From an uncultured Nitrospiraceae bacterium (GTDB lineage: Bacteria; Nitrospirota; Nitrospiria; Nitrospirales; Nitrospiraceae): a stretch of 64,000 bases of DNA. Under the pieces are notes generated by a model. The model did no database searches. It saw only the letters and a program-made list of their open reading frames with translations, and was not told where the DNA came from. Below, in pieces: positions 1 to 10,210 of the stretch. A program made the translations under genes and the position numbers. Each line of letters opens with the position of its first letter. Within the stretch, counting starts at the first letter, position 1. The stretch spans positions 384,001-448,000 of the forward strand of contig CAVSTP010000003.1 of the NCBI GenBank assembly GCA_963730935.1, given 5' to 3'.

Positions 1-885
1 GCGACGTTTCCGCGCTTTGTGGAGTTGGAGCAGGCTCACGGTAGCATCCTGCGCGGCATGCTCGCGGCGAAATCGGCCAACAACGGAGCGGCTCGACAGG
101 CGGCCCGGCGGACAATGTTCGTCAGCCTCAAGCCCGGTCTTGAAGCGCTCGTGACTGCGCTTATCGGCCGGTTGTCTAGCCACGGAGTGACGTTGAGAAG
201 CGGCGTGCTCGTGGAATCTTTGCGCGTGCGCTCGCATCAGCTTGGACGATGGACGTATGACGTGATACTGCAAGACGGATCTGCGCTTTCCGCCGACAGC
301 CTGGTGCTCGCGACGCCGGCATTTGTCACGGCGGAGCTGTTGCGACCCTTGACCCCGATTGCGGGGGGACTGCTCGAGATGATTCCCTATGCCTCCACCG
401 CAACGATTGCCCTTGCCTATCCGGCCTCCGTCGTCGGCGGCTCGATCGAGGGTTTCGGATTTGTCGTGCCTCGAGTCGAACGACGCGATCTCATCGCCGC
501 GACATGGACCTCGTTGAAGTGGCCTCACCGCGCACCGTCTGGCCAATTGTTGGCTCGCTGCTACGTGGGAGGATCGGGGCGCGAAGCCATTCTCGAGCTC
601 GATGATGAGGCGCTGGTCGAGCGGGTAAAATCCGAGTTGAAGGAGATCTGCGGCCTTGCCGCGAAGCCCATGTATGTGGAGGTCAATCGCTGGATGAAAG
701 CTATGCCGCAATATCGCCTAGGACACCTGGAACGTCTCGAGCAAGCTGAGGCAGCATTGGGCCGGTACGGCGGCGTGGTGCTGACCGGTGCAGCCTATCG
801 AGGCGTGGGAATACCAGATTGTATTCGTGAGGGTGCCGTGGCAGCGGAGAAGGTGATTCGGTACTTCTCAGGGGAGCGGCATTAA
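1..885 (+). CDS. hemY: HemY-type protoporphyrinogen/coproporphyrinogen oxidase (5' end outside window)
   Basis: Motifs GFGFVVP, AMPQYRLGH and GAAYRGVGIPDCI typical of the HemY C-terminal half; frame open from base 1. Confidence 0.9.
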   Translation, partial: ATFPRFVELEQAHGSILRGMLAAKSANNGAARQAARRTMFVSLKPGLEALVTALIGRLSSHGVTLRSGVLVESLRVRSHQLGRWTYDVILQDGSALSADSLVLATPAFVTAELLRPLTPIAGGLLEMIPYASTATIALAYPASVVGGSIEGFGFVVPRVERRDLIAATWTSLKWPHRAPSGQLLARCYVGGSGREAILELDDEALVERVKSELKEICGLAAKPMYVEVNRWMKAMPQYRLGHLERLEQAEAALGRYGGVVLTGAAYRGVGIPDCIREGAVAAEKVIRYFSGERH

Positions 886-899
886 AGGAAACAGGCGCT

Positions 900-1313
900 A
901 TGACGATGACGAACGCCATGAAAATCCTTGGGGTGGCTGGGCCCTTTCGTGAGCCGCGGGAACCCGTATTCTCCTATGACTATTCCATTCAGCGCCCGCA
1001 TTGGCCGATGCCCCATGCCGTCCGTGTCAAGGTGGCCATCGCGGAAGAACTCGACGTGCTGCGAGGAAGGGTCCTTGGTCCGGTGAGCGGATCACCCGGT
1101 CAACAACTCCTGGTGTCCCAACTGCTCACGAGACGAATCGCCGACGAAAAATTGCGGATCGCCGATCACGATGGACTGCTCTCTGGTCGCGCCGACGTGG
1201 TGGTTGCACCGTTCACAGGTGCAATGGCGCATTTGTTTGCGAGGCTCGAGTCCTGGTTGGAGCAGCAGCAGGAGGCGCTACGGACGGAGATCAAAGACCG
1301 CGCGAAGATTTAA
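900..1313 (+). CDS. Hypothetical protein
   Basis: 137-aa ORF after an AAAGGA RBS, directly downstream of hemY. Confidence 0.7.
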   Translation: MTMTNAMKILGVAGPFREPREPVFSYDYSIQRPHWPMPHAVRVKVAIAEELDVLRGRVLGPVSGSPGQQLLVSQLLTRRIADEKLRIADHDGLLSGRADVVVAPFTGAMAHLFARLESWLEQQQEALRTEIKDRAKI

Positions 1314-1335
1314 TTTCTGATCGCGTCACGCCCGT

Positions 1336-1956
1336 TCAAAAAACCTTCCGATAGTGCTTCGAATGAACGCCTGATTCATCGGCAAATCCGATGGATGCCG
1401 TGTCAGGCGCCCCCGTGTTGTTCAAGTCGATGCGGTAGTGGCCGCGGATCTCTTCCATCGCTACCTCAAACGGCACCCGGTCGGGATAAAGTCCTCCTGG
1501 CGCATGAGCGCCGCGCGAGAGCGTTCTGATCACGTCCGTCTCCGCATAGGTCGGGTTGGAAAACACATAAATGTCCGCCACTGCATGGTCGGCGAGTTTG
1601 TGGCCCGGCGTTGTTGCTGGAATGAGATCGGTGAGCGTGCCCGCGAGGCGTTCCTTCTTCAGCCGCTTCAAGAGACCTACGACCTGACTCTCGGTGGCTT
1701 GTGGAGGTACGACCACACTGACCGCGTTCATGTCGGGGACCGTCGATTGGACTTTGAAAATCACCGGCGCCGCTTCGGGATCTTCGATCATAGGGCCGGC
1801 GGGGCCCTCCGTGCTGGCCGCCTGCTTGTTTCGCGAGCTGGGGACGATCAGCGCGACGAACAGCCAGAGACCGAGCAGGACCCCAAACACCACGACCAGC
1901 GGATGCACGCCGGCGCGCTTGCCCTCCTGATACGGACCCTGGTCTTCTCCCATCAT
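1336..1956 (-). CDS. Hypothetical membrane-anchored protein
   Basis: Single N-terminal TM helix; ATG at 1956 overlaps the mazG stop (ATGA coupling). Confidence 0.75.
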   Translation of the reverse strand: MMGEDQGPYQEGKRAGVHPLVVVFGVLLGLWLFVALIVPSSRNKQAASTEGPAGPMIEDPEAAPVIFKVQSTVPDMNAVSVVVPPQATESQVVGLLKRLKKERLAGTLTDLIPATTPGHKLADHAVADIYVFSNPTYAETDVIRTLSRGAHAPGGLYPDRVPFEVAMEEIRGHYRIDLNNTGAPDTASIGFADESGVHSKHYRKVF

Positions 1957-2792
1957 CCCCTCTCGTCGCTCGACGGCATCTGCCGCTTGGCGTCTTCCCA
2001 CATCCGATTCATCTCATCGAACGACAGGTCACGGACCGCGCGTCCTTCATGTGCCGCCTGCCGCTCGATGTATTGAAAACGAGTCACGAAGCGGCTGACG
2101 GCCCGGCGCAATGCGTCTTCCGGATTCACCTTGACGAAGCGGGCTAGATTGACGAGCGAGAACAGGACATCGCCGAATTCGGCCTCAATCTCGCCTTGTT
2201 TCCCTTCGACGGAGGATGGCTGCCTGAGCGCGGTTCTCAATTCGCGAATTTCTTCTTCAATCTTTATCAAGACTTGGTCAAAGCCGGCTTGGTCATGACT
2301 CCAATCGAACCCGACACGCGAGGCGCGAGCTTGGATCTGATAGGCGCGCAACAGGGCAGGCAGTGTCTGGGGGACGCCATCGAGCACCGATTCCGGTCGT
2401 CCTTCCGCTTGACGCTCCGCTCGTTTGATGTCTTCCCATTTGGCCAACACCTGATCGGCGTTGGCCGGGATGGGATCCTTGGAGCCGTTTGGAAAGACGT
2501 GTGGATGGCGCCGTACGAGTTTGTCGGCAAGTTGGTCGAGCACATCGTCGATGGTGAAGGTGCCGGCTTCAGCAGCGATCTGACTGTGGAAGAGAACCTG
2601 AAGCAGCACGTCACCGAGCTCTTCTGCAAGCTTTCGGCGGTCCTGCTGATCAATTGTTTCCAGCACCTCGTACGTTTCTTCGAGCAGATACGCCTTTAAT
2701 GATTCATGCGTCTGCTTGCGGTCCCAGGGGCATCCATTTGGCGCACGCAACGCCGCCATCAGGTGGGTCAATTTTTGAAAGCGCTCGGACAA
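1953..2792 (-). CDS. mazG: Nucleoside triphosphate pyrophosphohydrolase MazG
   Basis: GCPWDRKQT, EETYEV, EELGDVLLQV, RRHPHVF and EFGDVLF tandem MazG domains. Confidence 0.95.
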   Translation of the reverse strand: MSERFQKLTHLMAALRAPNGCPWDRKQTHESLKAYLLEETYEVLETIDQQDRRKLAEELGDVLLQVLFHSQIAAEAGTFTIDDVLDQLADKLVRRHPHVFPNGSKDPIPANADQVLAKWEDIKRAERQAEGRPESVLDGVPQTLPALLRAYQIQARASRVGFDWSHDQAGFDQVLIKIEEEIRELRTALRQPSSVEGKQGEIEAEFGDVLFSLVNLARFVKVNPEDALRRAVSRFVTRFQYIERQAAHEGRAVRDLSFDEMNRMWEDAKRQMPSSDERG

Positions 2793-2937
2793 CCTTGAGG
2801 CTCCAGTGGTGGCTCAAAGAGGCTATTATACCTGGTTCTCATGGCCCTTCAACGAGTTGCGCCGGCAGGGGCCCTATGGTACGCTCCCCACCGCGGTAGG
2901 CGCGCCGGTCCAGTTCGCACCTCTCACGGAGGCAGTC

Positions 2938-3336
2938 GTGCCGGGAGAACAAGAAGAAGGATTTATCATTCGAGATCGGCGGGGCAGCAGCACAGGCGCC
3001 GATCGTCCTGCTCCAGCGACTTCACACTCCCAGGCGGCCTCGAAGGAGGCGCCGTCGAGCCCTACGGCTGGAGCGGAGACGGCGAGCGGGGTGCCGGTGA
3101 CCTTCGCCTCCTTTGTGATTTCACTCGGCAGTTCCAGCCTCATGCTCATGGGTGAGCAATTGGACCCGCAGCAGCCTGCCATGCCGGTCAATTTGCCGCA
3201 AGCTAAAGAAATCATTGATCTGCTTTCTGTCCTGGATGTGAAGACGAAGGGAAATCTCACGACCGAAGAGCAAACGGTATTGCGCGATATGCTCTACGCG
3301 CTGCGCATGAAATACGTCAGTTTGACTTCGAAGTAA
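2938..3336 (+). CDS. DUF1844 family protein
   Basis: GFIIRDRR N-terminus, AKEIIDLL...KTKGNLT...LRMKYV; GTG start after GGAGG (ORF track starts upstream at 2806). Confidence 0.8.
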   Translation: MPGEQEEGFIIRDRRGSSTGADRPAPATSHSQAASKEAPSSPTAGAETASGVPVTFASFVISLGSSSLMLMGEQLDPQQPAMPVNLPQAKEIIDLLSVLDVKTKGNLTTEEQTVLRDMLYALRMKYVSLTSK

Positions 3337-3463
3337 TCCTGCTAGCTGTGTACGGCCTCCTGCTCCTTCTGGGAGCGTAGCAACCTTTGAGCCAGGCTTC
3401 CATTTCCGCTATAGTGAAGACCGTACCTGCCAGAGGTCCGCGTCATGACAAGGAGTTCGGGCT

Positions 3464-5797
3464 GTGAGTGAACCCCGCCCAAACATGGTCTCTCCGGTTT
3501 GGACCGGTCCGGAGCGTCGTGCCGCGCAGGAGGCGTCCGTGGGAGTCTATTCCGAAGGCTTGACCACTCCGCCTCTCCAGGAGCCGGAGCGCCGGAAGCG
3601 GCATCTAAGGCCGGTCTGGATTCTGCTGTTGTTTCTCATTCCATGTCTCGCGCTCACGTTTTACTACGGCCAGGTCGTTGTCCCAGGCAACGATGATCCG
3701 GATGCGTTTTTCCCGTCCACGAGCTATGCGCTTGTACTCCTGCTGATCAATCTCGATCTGATCGGTTTCGTCGTTCTGCTGCTCCTGCTTTCGAGAAATC
3801 TCATCAAAGCCTATTTCGAACGCCGCCACCGGTTGATTGGATCAGGGTTTCGTACGAAGCTTGTGGCCGCCTTCATCGGCTTTTCGCTGATCCCCACCAT
3901 GCTCTTGGCCTTCGTGGCCAGCGGCCTGGTGAACAAGGCCGTAGACGTATGGTTCAGCGATCAAATCGACCGGGTCATGCGTGACTCGTATGAAGTTGCG
4001 AAGATGCAGCATGCGGGACATATCACGTTGGCGGTGAACAGCGCTCGCGCCATTAGCCACGAAATTTTCAGAGAGGACATGCTGCTGCCTGGGCAGCGGG
4101 ATCTGTTGATGGCCGCCATGGCGCGCAAGCGGGTGGAGTTCGGCGTGGCGGGCATTGAAGTGTATTCCGCCAAGATGGAGACGCTGGCGAAATCGCTCGA
4201 TGCGGAAGTACCGGCAGGGGTTCTCGATTTACCGATTGGACAACTCGTTCTCCAGGCGATCAATGGGAAGCAGGAGGCGAACACCGTTCAGGAAGCGCAG
4301 ACGGGGAGGTTGGTTCGCGCGGCGGCGCCGGTGGCGGCAAGTGGACGGGGTAATGAGGTTGGAGGGGTGGTGGTGGTGGATGCCTATGTTCCCGAATCCC
4401 TCCTCGCCAAGATGGACGGTATTGGTCGCCAATACGAAGAATACAAGCAAATCAAGGCGATGAAAAATCCAATTAAGGCCGGCGCCTATTTGTTCGTCGC
4501 AGTCATCACGATGTTGATTCTGTTCGGGGCGACCTGGTTCGGATTCTACGTCGCACGCAGCATCACGGTTCCGATCCAGCGATTGGCCGAAGCGACGGAT
4601 GCGATTGCGCAAGGCGATCTGTCCGTACGCATCGACGCGAAAGCTACCGACGAGATTGGAACGCTCATCGACTCCTTCAACCGGATGACGTCCGATTTAC
4701 AAAGCAGCAAGTCCACCATCGAGGCGGCAAACCTCTCCTTGCGCCGCAACAATCTCGAACTCGACCGCCGCCGTGCTTATATAGAAACAGTGGTTGAAAC
4801 GATTGCCGCCGGGTTGCTGTCTATCGACAAGAACGGGATGGTGACCAATTTCAATCCGTCCGGTGAGCGGATTCTCGGCGTGTCCACCGGGCGCATGCAA
4901 GGGCGGCCGGCCAACGAGGCATTCAAGGAGTTTGGGTTGACGCTGTTTCAAACGATCTACGATCGTATGTTGCAGGATCAGCGCGACGATTTGACGCTCG
5001 ACGGCACGGTGGAGGTCGACGGGAAATTTCTGACGGTTGCTCTGCATGCGTCGCGAATGAAGGACGAGCAGGGTCAGGATCTCGGCGTCGTTCTGGTGTT
5101 CGAGGACCTCACCGAACTGCTCAAGGCGCAAAAAGTGGCGGCCTGGCAGGAAGTGGCGCGCAGGGTGGCGCACGAGATCAAGAATCCACTTACTCCCATC
5201 CAGTTGTCCGCCCAGCGCATGCGCAAGAAATATTTGGAAAAGGCGCCAGACTTTGACCGGGTGTTCGACGAATCCACGAACGTAATTGTGAATGAGGTGG
5301 CCAGCCTCAAGCATATGGTGGACGAATTTTCGAAATTCGCTCGCCTGCCGGCGCCGCAACTCGCATTGCAGTCGCTCCATGACGTGATTAACGAGGTGAT
5401 TGCGCTCTACCGCGGCGCACATAAAGACATCGAATTGATCGTGTCGCTGGATGAAGACTTGCCCCAACTCAAGCTCGACTGGGAGCAGATAAAGCGCGTG
5501 CTCGTCAATCTGCTCGATAACGCGATCCAGGCGATGAACCAGAAGGGGCGGGTGTGGGTGACGACGCAGTACGACACCAAGCGCCGGCGGGCCGTCGTCT
5601 CGATTGCGGACGAGGGCACCGGAATTGCGCCAGAAGACCAAGAGAAACTGTTCGTGCCTTACTTCACGAGGAAGAAAACGGGCACAGGTCTGGGCCTCGC
5701 GATTGTACGGCGGATCATTACGGATCACGAGGGCCAAATCACGGCCGGCAACAACCAGCCGCGTGGCGCGTTGTTTACCTTTGAATTGCCGGTCTAG
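3464..5797 (+). CDS. NtrY-like sensor histidine kinase (TM, HAMP, PAS, HisKA, HATPase)
   Basis: AWQEVARRVAHEIKNPLTPIQLSA H-box, HAMP DEIG..FNRM, GTGLGL. Confidence 0.9.
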   Translation: MSEPRPNMVSPVWTGPERRAAQEASVGVYSEGLTTPPLQEPERRKRHLRPVWILLLFLIPCLALTFYYGQVVVPGNDDPDAFFPSTSYALVLLLINLDLIGFVVLLLLLSRNLIKAYFERRHRLIGSGFRTKLVAAFIGFSLIPTMLLAFVASGLVNKAVDVWFSDQIDRVMRDSYEVAKMQHAGHITLAVNSARAISHEIFREDMLLPGQRDLLMAAMARKRVEFGVAGIEVYSAKMETLAKSLDAEVPAGVLDLPIGQLVLQAINGKQEANTVQEAQTGRLVRAAAPVAASGRGNEVGGVVVVDAYVPESLLAKMDGIGRQYEEYKQIKAMKNPIKAGAYLFVAVITMLILFGATWFGFYVARSITVPIQRLAEATDAIAQGDLSVRIDAKATDEIGTLIDSFNRMTSDLQSSKSTIEAANLSLRRNNLELDRRRAYIETVVETIAAGLLSIDKNGMVTNFNPSGERILGVSTGRMQGRPANEAFKEFGLTLFQTIYDRMLQDQRDDLTLDGTVEVDGKFLTVALHASRMKDEQGQDLGVVLVFEDLTELLKAQKVAAWQEVARRVAHEIKNPLTPIQLSAQRMRKKYLEKAPDFDRVFDESTNVIVNEVASLKHMVDEFSKFARLPAPQLALQSLHDVINEVIALYRGAHKDIELIVSLDEDLPQLKLDWEQIKRVLVNLLDNAIQAMNQKGRVWVTTQYDTKRRRAVVSIADEGTGIAPEDQEKLFVPYFTRKKTGTGLGLAIVRRIITDHEGQITAGNNQPRGALFTFELPV

Positions 5798-5817
5798 CAG
5801 CGGAAGCAGGGAGTCCC

Positions 5818-7224
5818 ATGTCAGCTTCGATCTTGGTCGTCGACGATGAAGAAGCGATTGTCTCGTCTCTCAGCAGCATTCTGCAGGACGAGGGCTATGA
5901 GGTCTCGGTCGCCAAGAGCGGCGCCGAGGCATTGAAAACTTACATGGCCGACCCACCGGATCTGATGCTCCTCGATATCTGGATGCCCGACATGGACGGC
6001 CTGGAAACGTTGCGCCGTATCAGAGAATTTGTGCCGACTGCGCAGGTCATGGTGATGTCCGGCCACGGGTCTATCGAAACCGCCGTCAAAGCCATTAAGT
6101 TGGGCGCATACGACTACATTGAGAAGCCTCTTTCGTTGGAAAATGTCACGTTGCGCGTCAAGCACGCGCTGGAGCAGTATCGGTTGGAAGAGGAGAACCG
6201 GTCGTTACGTACGAAGGTCCAGCGAAAGTTCGAGCTCGTCGGCCAATCCCCCGCCATGCAACAACTCCGTCAATTGATTGATACGGCCGGCCCGACGAAC
6301 AGCCGGGTCCTGGTCGGAGGAGAGAACGGAACGGGGAAGGAACTGGTCGCGCGTGCGATCCATCTGCAGAGCGCCAGGGCGGATCGGCCGTTCGTGGCCG
6401 TCAATTGCGCCGCGATTCCGGAAACCCTGATTGAGAGCGAGTTGTTCGGTCACGAGAAAGGCTCATTCAGCGGCGCCACCTCTATGAAACGGGGACAATT
6501 CGAGCAGGCGGACGGCGGCACGCTGTTTTTGGATGAGATCGGGGACATGAGCTTCAATACGCAGGCCAAGGTGCTGCGTGCCCTTCAAGAACAGCAATTC
6601 ACCAGAGTCGGCGGAACCAAGTTACTGAAGGTCGATGTACGAGTGCTGGCTGCGTCGAATAAGGATCTCTTGAAAGAGATTGAGAAAGGGGCCTTTCGGG
6701 AAGATCTCTATTATCGCCTGAACGTCGTCCCGATCGTGGTGCCTCCGCTTCGGGAGAGGCGTGAAGACATTCCGCTTCTCATCCGCCATTTCATGAAAGT
6801 TCATGCGGAAGAGCAGGGGTTACGCATGAAAGAGGTGACGCCCGAAGCGATGAACGTTTTTCAGCAGTACGAGTGGCCCGGCAATATCAGGGAACTCCGG
6901 AACTTGATCGAGCGGTTGATGATTATGGTCCCGGGTAACGTAATCGACGTGGCGCAAGCCACGACGTCGCTGCAAGTGAAGCCTTCCGGAGCCGTCCCTG
7001 CAGCCACGAACGCGATGATCCAACCTGTCGTAAACCCACTCTTTACGCAGCCCTACGACTCGCTTCGCGATGCACGGAATGCGTTTGAGAAGGAATATAT
7101 CGGACGCAAACTACGCGAGCATCATTGGAACATTTCGCGCACGGCGGAAGAATTGAAAATCGAGCGCAGCCATCTGCACCGAAAGATCAAATTACTGGAT
7201 GTGGAAATGCGTCCGGAATCCTGA
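5818..7224 (+). CDS. NtrX-like sigma-54-dependent response regulator
   Basis: REC + GENGTGKE + ELFGHEKGSFSGA + WPGNIREL + Fis-type HTH. Confidence 0.9.
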   Translation: MSASILVVDDEEAIVSSLSSILQDEGYEVSVAKSGAEALKTYMADPPDLMLLDIWMPDMDGLETLRRIREFVPTAQVMVMSGHGSIETAVKAIKLGAYDYIEKPLSLENVTLRVKHALEQYRLEEENRSLRTKVQRKFELVGQSPAMQQLRQLIDTAGPTNSRVLVGGENGTGKELVARAIHLQSARADRPFVAVNCAAIPETLIESELFGHEKGSFSGATSMKRGQFEQADGGTLFLDEIGDMSFNTQAKVLRALQEQQFTRVGGTKLLKVDVRVLAASNKDLLKEIEKGAFREDLYYRLNVVPIVVPPLRERREDIPLLIRHFMKVHAEEQGLRMKEVTPEAMNVFQQYEWPGNIRELRNLIERLMIMVPGNVIDVAQATTSLQVKPSGAVPAATNAMIQPVVNPLFTQPYDSLRDARNAFEKEYIGRKLREHHWNISRTAEELKIERSHLHRKIKLLDVEMRPES

Positions 7225-7276
7225 GTTCGGATCAGGGTCGTGCCTTCTAACTAAAAGCAGATAACACAGTTGTGTT

Positions 7277-7353
7277 TGGTCGGGGCGAAAGGATTTGAAC
7301 CTTCGACCCCTGCGTCCCGAACGCAGTGCGCTACCGGGCTGCGCTACGCCCCG
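7277..7353 (-). tRNA. tRNA-Pro (anticodon CGG)
   Basis: Reverse complement CGGGGCGTAGCGCAGCCCGGTAGCGCACTGCGTTCGGGACGCAGGGGTCGAAGGTTCAAATCCTTTCGCCCCGACCA folds as a cloverleaf with encoded CCA. Confidence 0.97.
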
Positions 7354-7389
7354 ACCGGGTGAGTGTCTCGGAAAGGAGTCGCGATTGTC

Positions 7390-8493
7390 TTACATCAGAG
7401 GGTCGAAACGCAAGCCGTGCGCCTCTGCCACGCCGCGGCAGGTCACTTTCCCTTGAGAGAGGTTCACACCCTTCGCCAATCCCGCATTGGTACGCACAGC
7501 GACATCAACGCCGGAAGCCGCCAAGGTCAAAAGATACGGCAAGGTTGCGTTGGTTAATGCCTGAGTGGACGTGCGCGGCACAATGCCGGGCATGTTGGCG
7601 ACGCAATAGTGCAGCACGCCTTCCATTATATAAGTCGGATCCGAATGGGTGGTCGGCCGGCTGGTTTCAATACAGCCGCCTTGATCCACCGCCACATCCA
7701 CGATGACCGATTTGGGTTTCATTTTGCCGACGAGCGTGCGCGAGACGAGCTTCGGCGCCCGGGCGCCCGGCACCAGCACGGCGCCGATCAGCAGATCCGC
7801 CGTGATCACATGTTCCTCGATCGCGGCTTGCGTCGATGCCCGCGTGACGATTCGGCCTTGATAGAGATCATCGAGGTACCGCAGCCGCTCGATGTCGAGA
7901 TTGATGACCGTCACTTGCGCGCCCATGCCGACGGCGATTCTAGTCGCCGCGCTGCCGACCGTTCCCGCGCCCAACACCACCACCTTGGCCGGCTCGACGC
8001 CGGCGACGCCGCCTAACAGTAATCCCCGCCCGCCCTGCGTGGCTTCCAGGTAGCGGGCGCCGACCTGCACCGACATCTTCCCGGCAATCTCGCTCATCGG
8101 CTTCAACATCGGCAGCGTGCCGTCCTTCGCCTCAATCGTTTCGTAGGCGATGGCCGTGATGCCGACTTCCAACAGCGCTTTGGTCAGTTCTGCTGACGAG
8201 GCCAAGTGGAGGTAGGTGAACAGCACCTGGCCGGGACGAAAGAGGCGGGTTTCCGAGAGCTGCGGCTCCTTGACCTTGACGATCAACGCGGCGTCCTTGA
8301 ACAGGACCTCTTTGGAAGGCGCAATCTTGGCGCCGGCCTGTCGATACTGCTCGTCGGCATACCCGCTGCCGACGCCGGCTGAAGGCTCGACGAGGACCTC
8401 GTGACCGGCGTGGCGGAGCGCCTGCACCCCGTCAGGCGTCACGCTCACCCGATATTCGTGGTCTTTGATTTCCTTCGGCACTCCGATGATCAT
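7390..8493 (-). CDS. ald: Alanine dehydrogenase
   Basis: [41 protein letters not shown]. Confidence 0.96.
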   Translation of the reverse strand: MIIGVPKEIKDHEYRVSVTPDGVQALRHAGHEVLVEPSAGVGSGYADEQYRQAGAKIAPSKEVLFKDAALIVKVKEPQLSETRLFRPGQVLFTYLHLASSAELTKALLEVGITAIAYETIEAKDGTLPMLKPMSEIAGKMSVQVGARYLEATQGGRGLLLGGVAGVEPAKVVVLGAGTVGSAATRIAVGMGAQVTVINLDIERLRYLDDLYQGRIVTRASTQAAIEEHVITADLLIGAVLVPGARAPKLVSRTLVGKMKPKSVIVDVAVDQGGCIETSRPTTHSDPTYIMEGVLHYCVANMPGIVPRTSTQALTNATLPYLLTLAASGVDVAVRTNAGLAKGVNLSQGKVTCRGVAEAHGLRFDPLM

Positions 8494-8660
8494 GACGTCC
8501 CTCTCTTCCGCCCAACGCGCGATCTTTACCTATTGTATCGAGAGATGTGCAGAAAGAGAACTGATGCCGCAGAAGCTGCCGCGCGCGGTGGACAGTGCGC
8601 GGAGGGGTGTTGTAAGATTTGCCCCTCGCATCGCGGGTCAACGAGCCAGAGGAGGCCAGG

Positions 8661-9044
8661 ATGGTTGCAGGAGCCGGATCGTGTAATGCGTGCGGGACCG
8701 CAGGAACTGCGCTAATGAAATTGTCCCTCGGAAAAGACTTTTTCGGCCGCGCCTACGATCGTCTCTCGCCCTCCAGCGACCAGAGTCCCAAGTGGTATTG
8801 CGAGGCCTGTTCCATGCAGAAAAACCTGCAGCGCGATTTTCGGGACATCCGGACCGAATTCGACAAACTGACTGCCGGCCAAGCCTCTGAGCTCTCGATA
8901 ACCGAAACGTTTCAGCGCGCCGCGCTCCGGCTGAGGGAAATTGCCGCCATCCTTGACGCGACGAGCAGCCAGTCGCCGTTTCTTGCGGCGCAGGATGTGG
9001 CTCAGTTGATCGGACGCTTCCAAACCACGACCATGCAAGCCTGA
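8661..9044 (+). CDS. Hypothetical protein with two CxxC motifs
   Basis: ATG after GGAGG; CNAC...CEAC putative metal site. Confidence 0.75.
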   Translation: MVAGAGSCNACGTAGTALMKLSLGKDFFGRAYDRLSPSSDQSPKWYCEACSMQKNLQRDFRDIRTEFDKLTAGQASELSITETFQRAALRLREIAAILDATSSQSPFLAAQDVAQLIGRFQTTTMQA

Positions 9045-9061
9045 CAACACCGGACTCACCC

Positions 9062-9418
9062 TTGCCGCCGTTCAAACGTCATATTTTCATTTGCATCAAC
9101 CAGCGCCCGAAAGACGACCCGCGCGGCTGCTGCGCCGACCGGGGGTCAGAAAAGCTCCACGCCCATTTCAAGAGCGAAACGAAACGCCTGAATCTCAAGG
9201 GGTTGGTGCGCGCGAACAAGGCCGGGTGCCTCGACCATTGCGACCTGGGTCCCAGCGTCGTGATCTATCCTGAAGGAGTCTGGTACTGGGTAGGCAATGA
9301 AGCCGATGTCACAGAAATCATGGAACGGCATATTCTGAAGGGCGAAATCGTGACCCGTTTGCTCATGCCGGATCATCCCGCGCCGACCGCGCTACTTCCC
9401 CTGCACTCCCTGCGCTAA
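9062..9418 (+). CDS. Thioredoxin-like [2Fe-2S] ferredoxin
   Basis: HIFICINQR...GCC...KAGCLDHCDLGPSVVIYPEGVWY. Confidence 0.9.
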   Translation: MPPFKRHIFICINQRPKDDPRGCCADRGSEKLHAHFKSETKRLNLKGLVRANKAGCLDHCDLGPSVVIYPEGVWYWVGNEADVTEIMERHILKGEIVTRLLMPDHPAPTALLPLHSLR

Positions 9419-9425
9419 GGACCAG

Positions 9426-9839
9426 ATGGCGACGGAAGACAAATGGAAGGCCAACCTCGCGAAGGTGGCCTTTATGAAGCAGTTTCCAGGATTGCTCGGT
9501 TCATGGGAAGCCTTGAAAGGCAAAACCATTGAAGCGGTGATTCCGCTCAAGGGCAAGCAAGGTGCTGCCGCGATCATTTGCAGTGACGGGACGTTCACCG
9601 TGGCTCCGCCGATGGCCGCTGAGCCTTACGAACTCGGCGAGACGTTGACCGCCGGGCGTTCGCTGTTGGAAATCAAGCACGCTCACGCGTATCAGGAGTA
9701 CGACCGGCTGGCGAAGAACGACAAGGATGCGCTGAGGCAGGCGCGTCTCGAAAAAATCATCGGCGCCATCGAAAACAATCTGGAGCAGATACCGGAATTA
9801 AAAGAACGGCTGAAAGCGCTCGTGAAGGAGTGGCCGTGA
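9426..9839 (+). CDS. Hypothetical protein
   Basis: 137-aa ORF with AAGGA RBS in a tight operon. Confidence 0.75.
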   Translation: MATEDKWKANLAKVAFMKQFPGLLGSWEALKGKTIEAVIPLKGKQGAAAIICSDGTFTVAPPMAAEPYELGETLTAGRSLLEIKHAHAYQEYDRLAKNDKDALRQARLEKIIGAIENNLEQIPELKERLKALVKEWP

Positions 9840-10135
9840 GCAGCATCCCCAAGAAGAACATGTTTGAGATCTTCTCGCAAGGTCTCTTTGAAGGAGTCAA
9901 ACCCATGATGATCATTCGCGACCACCTGGTCCGTCACCCCGACCGCTGCACGCATCAAGCGGTCTGCGTTCCGATTTGCCCGACCGGGGCCTGGTTGTCC
10001 ACTCCGCCTTATAAGTTCGACGCCGCCCGCTGCCTCGAAAGTTGCCGCCTGTGCCTCGATGCCTGCCCCTCACACGCGATCTTCGGCGTGTTCAGAAAAG
10101 GCGACAAGCTGCTTGAGCCGCAAAAGAAGTCATAG
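9836..10135 (+). CDS. 4Fe-4S dicluster-type ferredoxin-like protein
   Basis: CTHQAVCVPICP and CLESCRLCLDACP motifs; GTGA overlap with upstream stop. Confidence 0.75.
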   Translation: MSSIPKKNMFEIFSQGLFEGVKPMMIIRDHLVRHPDRCTHQAVCVPICPTGAWLSTPPYKFDAARCLESCRLCLDACPSHAIFGVFRKGDKLLEPQKKS

Positions 10136-10210
10136 CAGCGATCTCACGATTCCGATTGCGCCACCCGTACGATTCTTCCCCGGCGCGCCTACTTCCCTAG
10201 CGTGCGATAG

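Noticed and set aside
4697..5737. 346-aa antisense ORF, and similar long shadow ORFs (e.g. 30523-31503, 14409-15101)
   Set aside because: They lie opposite well-supported genes and have no recognisable motifs; expected in high-GC DNA.
7277..7353. tRNA-Pro as an integration site
   Set aside because: Flanked by core genes; no duplicated tRNA 3' end noticed elsewhere in the window.
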